Shown piece by piece: positions 61,255 to 64,000 of a stretch of 64,000 bases of DNA. Made by a program: the position numbers and the translations under genes. This stretch comes from Mustelus asterias (lineage: Eukaryota): NCBI RefSeq assembly GCF_964213995.1, contig NC_135814.1, positions 20,398,001 to 20,462,000 on the forward strand, read 5' to 3'. The notes under the pieces are model-generated. The model searched no databases. It worked only from the letters and a program-made list of their open reading frames with translations, and was not told where the DNA came from. Position 1 is the first letter of the stretch, and the number at the start of each line of letters is the position of its first letter.

Positions 61255-61919
61255 GGATTACATCCTTTTTTGCCTCCGATTCACTCCAGACATGGAGGAC
61301 AATGTTAACCTTTATTACTGTGATAGTGAATCAGCAAATTTCTATTGAGGTCCAACAGTTGCAACTCCCGAGCACAAATGTAGCCCTTTGCCGCTGGCCT
61401 GCCAGCTTCAGTTTTATTCATCTCGCAAAGTAGCTACTAGTTTCCTTTAGCCTAATTATGATTCTAGTATCAACAATGCGTCTATAGACCCATGTCCATC
61501 TGTCTGCTTGTCAATTTTATTAATGATGCTCCATGTTTGGAGACTCATGGTTCATTGGAAATAAGTTCAGAATTTGCCATTAATGAAGCATGTCTCCAAT
61601 ACCTCAGCACTTTATGCCAATCAACAACAGTATTCTCATATAACTGCACTAAAGCTTTCAGCAGCTTTCAGACTGTTGTGAACATGTTAACCCATTTGGT
61701 ACTACAGCCCACTACCCGATTACATGAGCATGACGCTTACTGCCATTTGGGTTCAAGACCACTGTAGAATTTTAAAATAGTGACAGAAACATTCAGGGCA
61801 TGTCTTATTAAGTTTTCAAATTGTAATAATTTGTCAAAGATAAAGCTCATATGAAAGAATTTAATGTACAAAGATGGACTGCAGTGAACAAATACGCATT
61901 TCCTATTGACAGAACAAAT

Positions 61920-62270
61920 AGATCATAGAATCATAGAATCACTACAGTGTAGAAGGAGGCCATTTGGCTCATCGAATCTGCACCGACTCTCCTCCAGAGC
62001 ATCTTCCTCAGCCCTCATCCACCCCCATTACCTTAACCCCACACATTTACCTAACCTAAACACTTAGGACACTAAGGGGCAATTTAGCATCGCCAATCCA
62101 TCTAACCTGCCCTTCTTTGGATTGTGGGAGGAAACCGGAGCACCCAGAGGAAACTCAGGGAGACACAGAGAGAACATGCAAACACCACACAATCACCTGA
62201 GGCTGGAATTGAACCCAGGTGCCTGGTACTGTGAGGTAGCAGTGCCAACGACTATGCCACCCCGCCGCCC
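61920..62270 (-). mobile_element. HE1 SINE
   Basis: (CATAGAAT)n tail, core and head. Confidence 0.88.
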
Positions 62271-62910
62271 CTTCTTAGATTACAGAGATTGAGAGGGGTA
62301 AGGGCATTTTCTTCCTTATTCTTCGCTTCCACTCACTTTCTCTTGTCTAATCTGCGAGTTTTGGTGAAGCATTATTTCCAAAATCGAGAACATCATGTAA
62401 ACAAATGTGGATGAAGGACTGAGAGAGAAAGCAGATGAGTGTTGACAAAGATGGTCATAAGTGCGCACTGGGAGCTTGCTGTGACTCGGCACGGGAACTT
62501 ATACAGGAGGATAAGCAGGTCAGAGATAACAGATCTGATTACAAGTGATGGCAAACAGAATGTGACCGTAAGATTAACATCAGCGAAAACAAGCGGAGCA
62601 GGAAGCAGGAAGACCCAAATGAATCTAACCCCTAAACGAGGTCATCCATAAATGGAGAGTGAGAAGAAGCTGGAGTGATTTTAATTACACCGGACAGTGC
62701 CAAGCTCAACCAGTGAATCAGCATAATGCCTCGAAGTGAGAGGAGAAATGTTGATCAGCATTGTTCTGCTGACAAAAATGAGGGGAAATACTACAAAGTA
62801 GTTGAACAGGCAAGTTAAAATAAATCACTGGATAATGTCTTACAAGGTAACAGTACTTCGAAGTTTGCATAAGTTTGTTCAGTGTACTTTATATCATCTC
62901 TAAAATAAAA

Positions 62911-63230
62911 ATCATAGATTCCTACAGTGCAGAAGAAGGCCATTCGGCCCATCAAGTTTGTACCGACCACAATCCTACCCAGGTGCTATCCCCATAACCC
63001 CATGCGCTTACCCTAGCTAATCCTCCTGACACTAAGGGGCAATTTAGCATGGCCAATCCACCTAACCCGCACATCTTTGGACTGTGGGAGGAAACCGGAG
63101 CACCCGGAGGAAATCCACGCAGACACAGAGAGAACGTGCAAACTCCACACAGACAGTGACCCAAGCCGGGAATCGAACCCGGGTCCCTGGCATTGTGAAG
63201 CAGCAATGCTAACCACTGTAGTCCCCATCA
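62911..63230 (-). mobile_element. HE1 SINE
   Basis: Tail, core and head on the minus strand. Confidence 0.9.
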
Positions 63231-63782
63231 TATGTTTGAGACATTGCCTTACATAATATTTTATCTGATTAGCTAGCTTAAAATGAGCACGATATCAAGG
63301 AGTGATTCTGGGTGAGGCAGTGCTCCAGATGCTGATGTTTCTGTTTGCTGCAATATTGGCCCTGATATTAACAAAAGAGTGTGGCTAAACCCAGTAATGG
63401 GTTAAGAATCCGGGCAGTAAGGCTGGTGACAGGGAGGCCCCATCAACCTCTTGGCAGCTCCTCATTTAAATGAATCTACAAAGAGTCTCCCACTCTCCTC
63501 CCCCGCACGTCCCCCAAACCCACAACTCCCCAACAACTGACCAATAGGGTGAGGGCAGAACTTTGCAACCGGAGGCTGAAGCTGAGGATCCCTGGGAATG
63601 CTCTCTGGCAGTTAGTGCGAAAGGGAAGTCTAGCTCCAGTTGGTGGAGGGGGAACAAACTCTGATGTGTGATTGGGCTGACAGTGAGGATAACCCAGTGC
63701 TGGAGGCCTGAAACTTTAAGCCTGGGGGAATCACTCCTGGCTACGAGAAAACCCAGCCACAAGGAAGCCTGAAATAAGCTTC

Positions 63783-64000
63783 CATAAGACTATAAGACAT
63801 AGGAGCAGAATTAGGCCACTCGGCCCATCGAGTCTGCTCCGCTATTCAATCATGGCTGATACTTTTCTCATCCCCATTCTCCTGCCTTTTTCCCATAACC
63901 CCTGATCCCCTTATTGATTAAGAACCTATCTATTTCTGTCTTAAAGACACTCAATGACCTGATCTTCTGCGGCAAAGAGTTCCACAGATTCACCACTCTC
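63783..64000 (-). mobile_element. CR1 3' end running off the window
   Basis: CATAAGACTATAAGACATAGGAGCAGAATTAGGCC tail and RVVNLWNSLP coding on the minus strand. Confidence 0.9.

Overview
Repeat-dense vertebrate genomic DNA, almost certainly from a cartilaginous fish (shark-type). The evidence is about 20 HE1/V-SINE-type tRNA-derived SINEs, many CR1 (HER1-like) LINE fragments, DeuSINE, Rex1/Babar, RTE and L2/Crack-like LINE relics, Penelope-like elements, Harbinger-, hAT- and Tigger-type MITEs and several putative solo LTRs. I found no convincing host protein-coding gene, so the window looks intergenic or deep-intronic, and almost all ORFs in the track are TE-derived or spurious. Three observations stand out. 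(1) A young CR1 copy (31852-35098, minus) has an intact 1001-codon APE+RT ORF2. Its ORF1/ORF2 junction carries a correctly phased U_UUA_AAC slippery heptamer leading into the -1 frame of ORF2, a candidate programmed -1 frameshift in a LINE. (2) Penelope-like insertions carry minimal hammerhead ribozymes with visible covariation and 11-14 bp target-site duplications (TSDs), and one insertion is a perfect 64-bp foldback. (3) A Harbinger-like MITE family with 3-bp TSDs carries an expandable C-rich minisatellite. Family names come from my recognition of motifs, not from database searches. Boundaries without a TSD are approximate.
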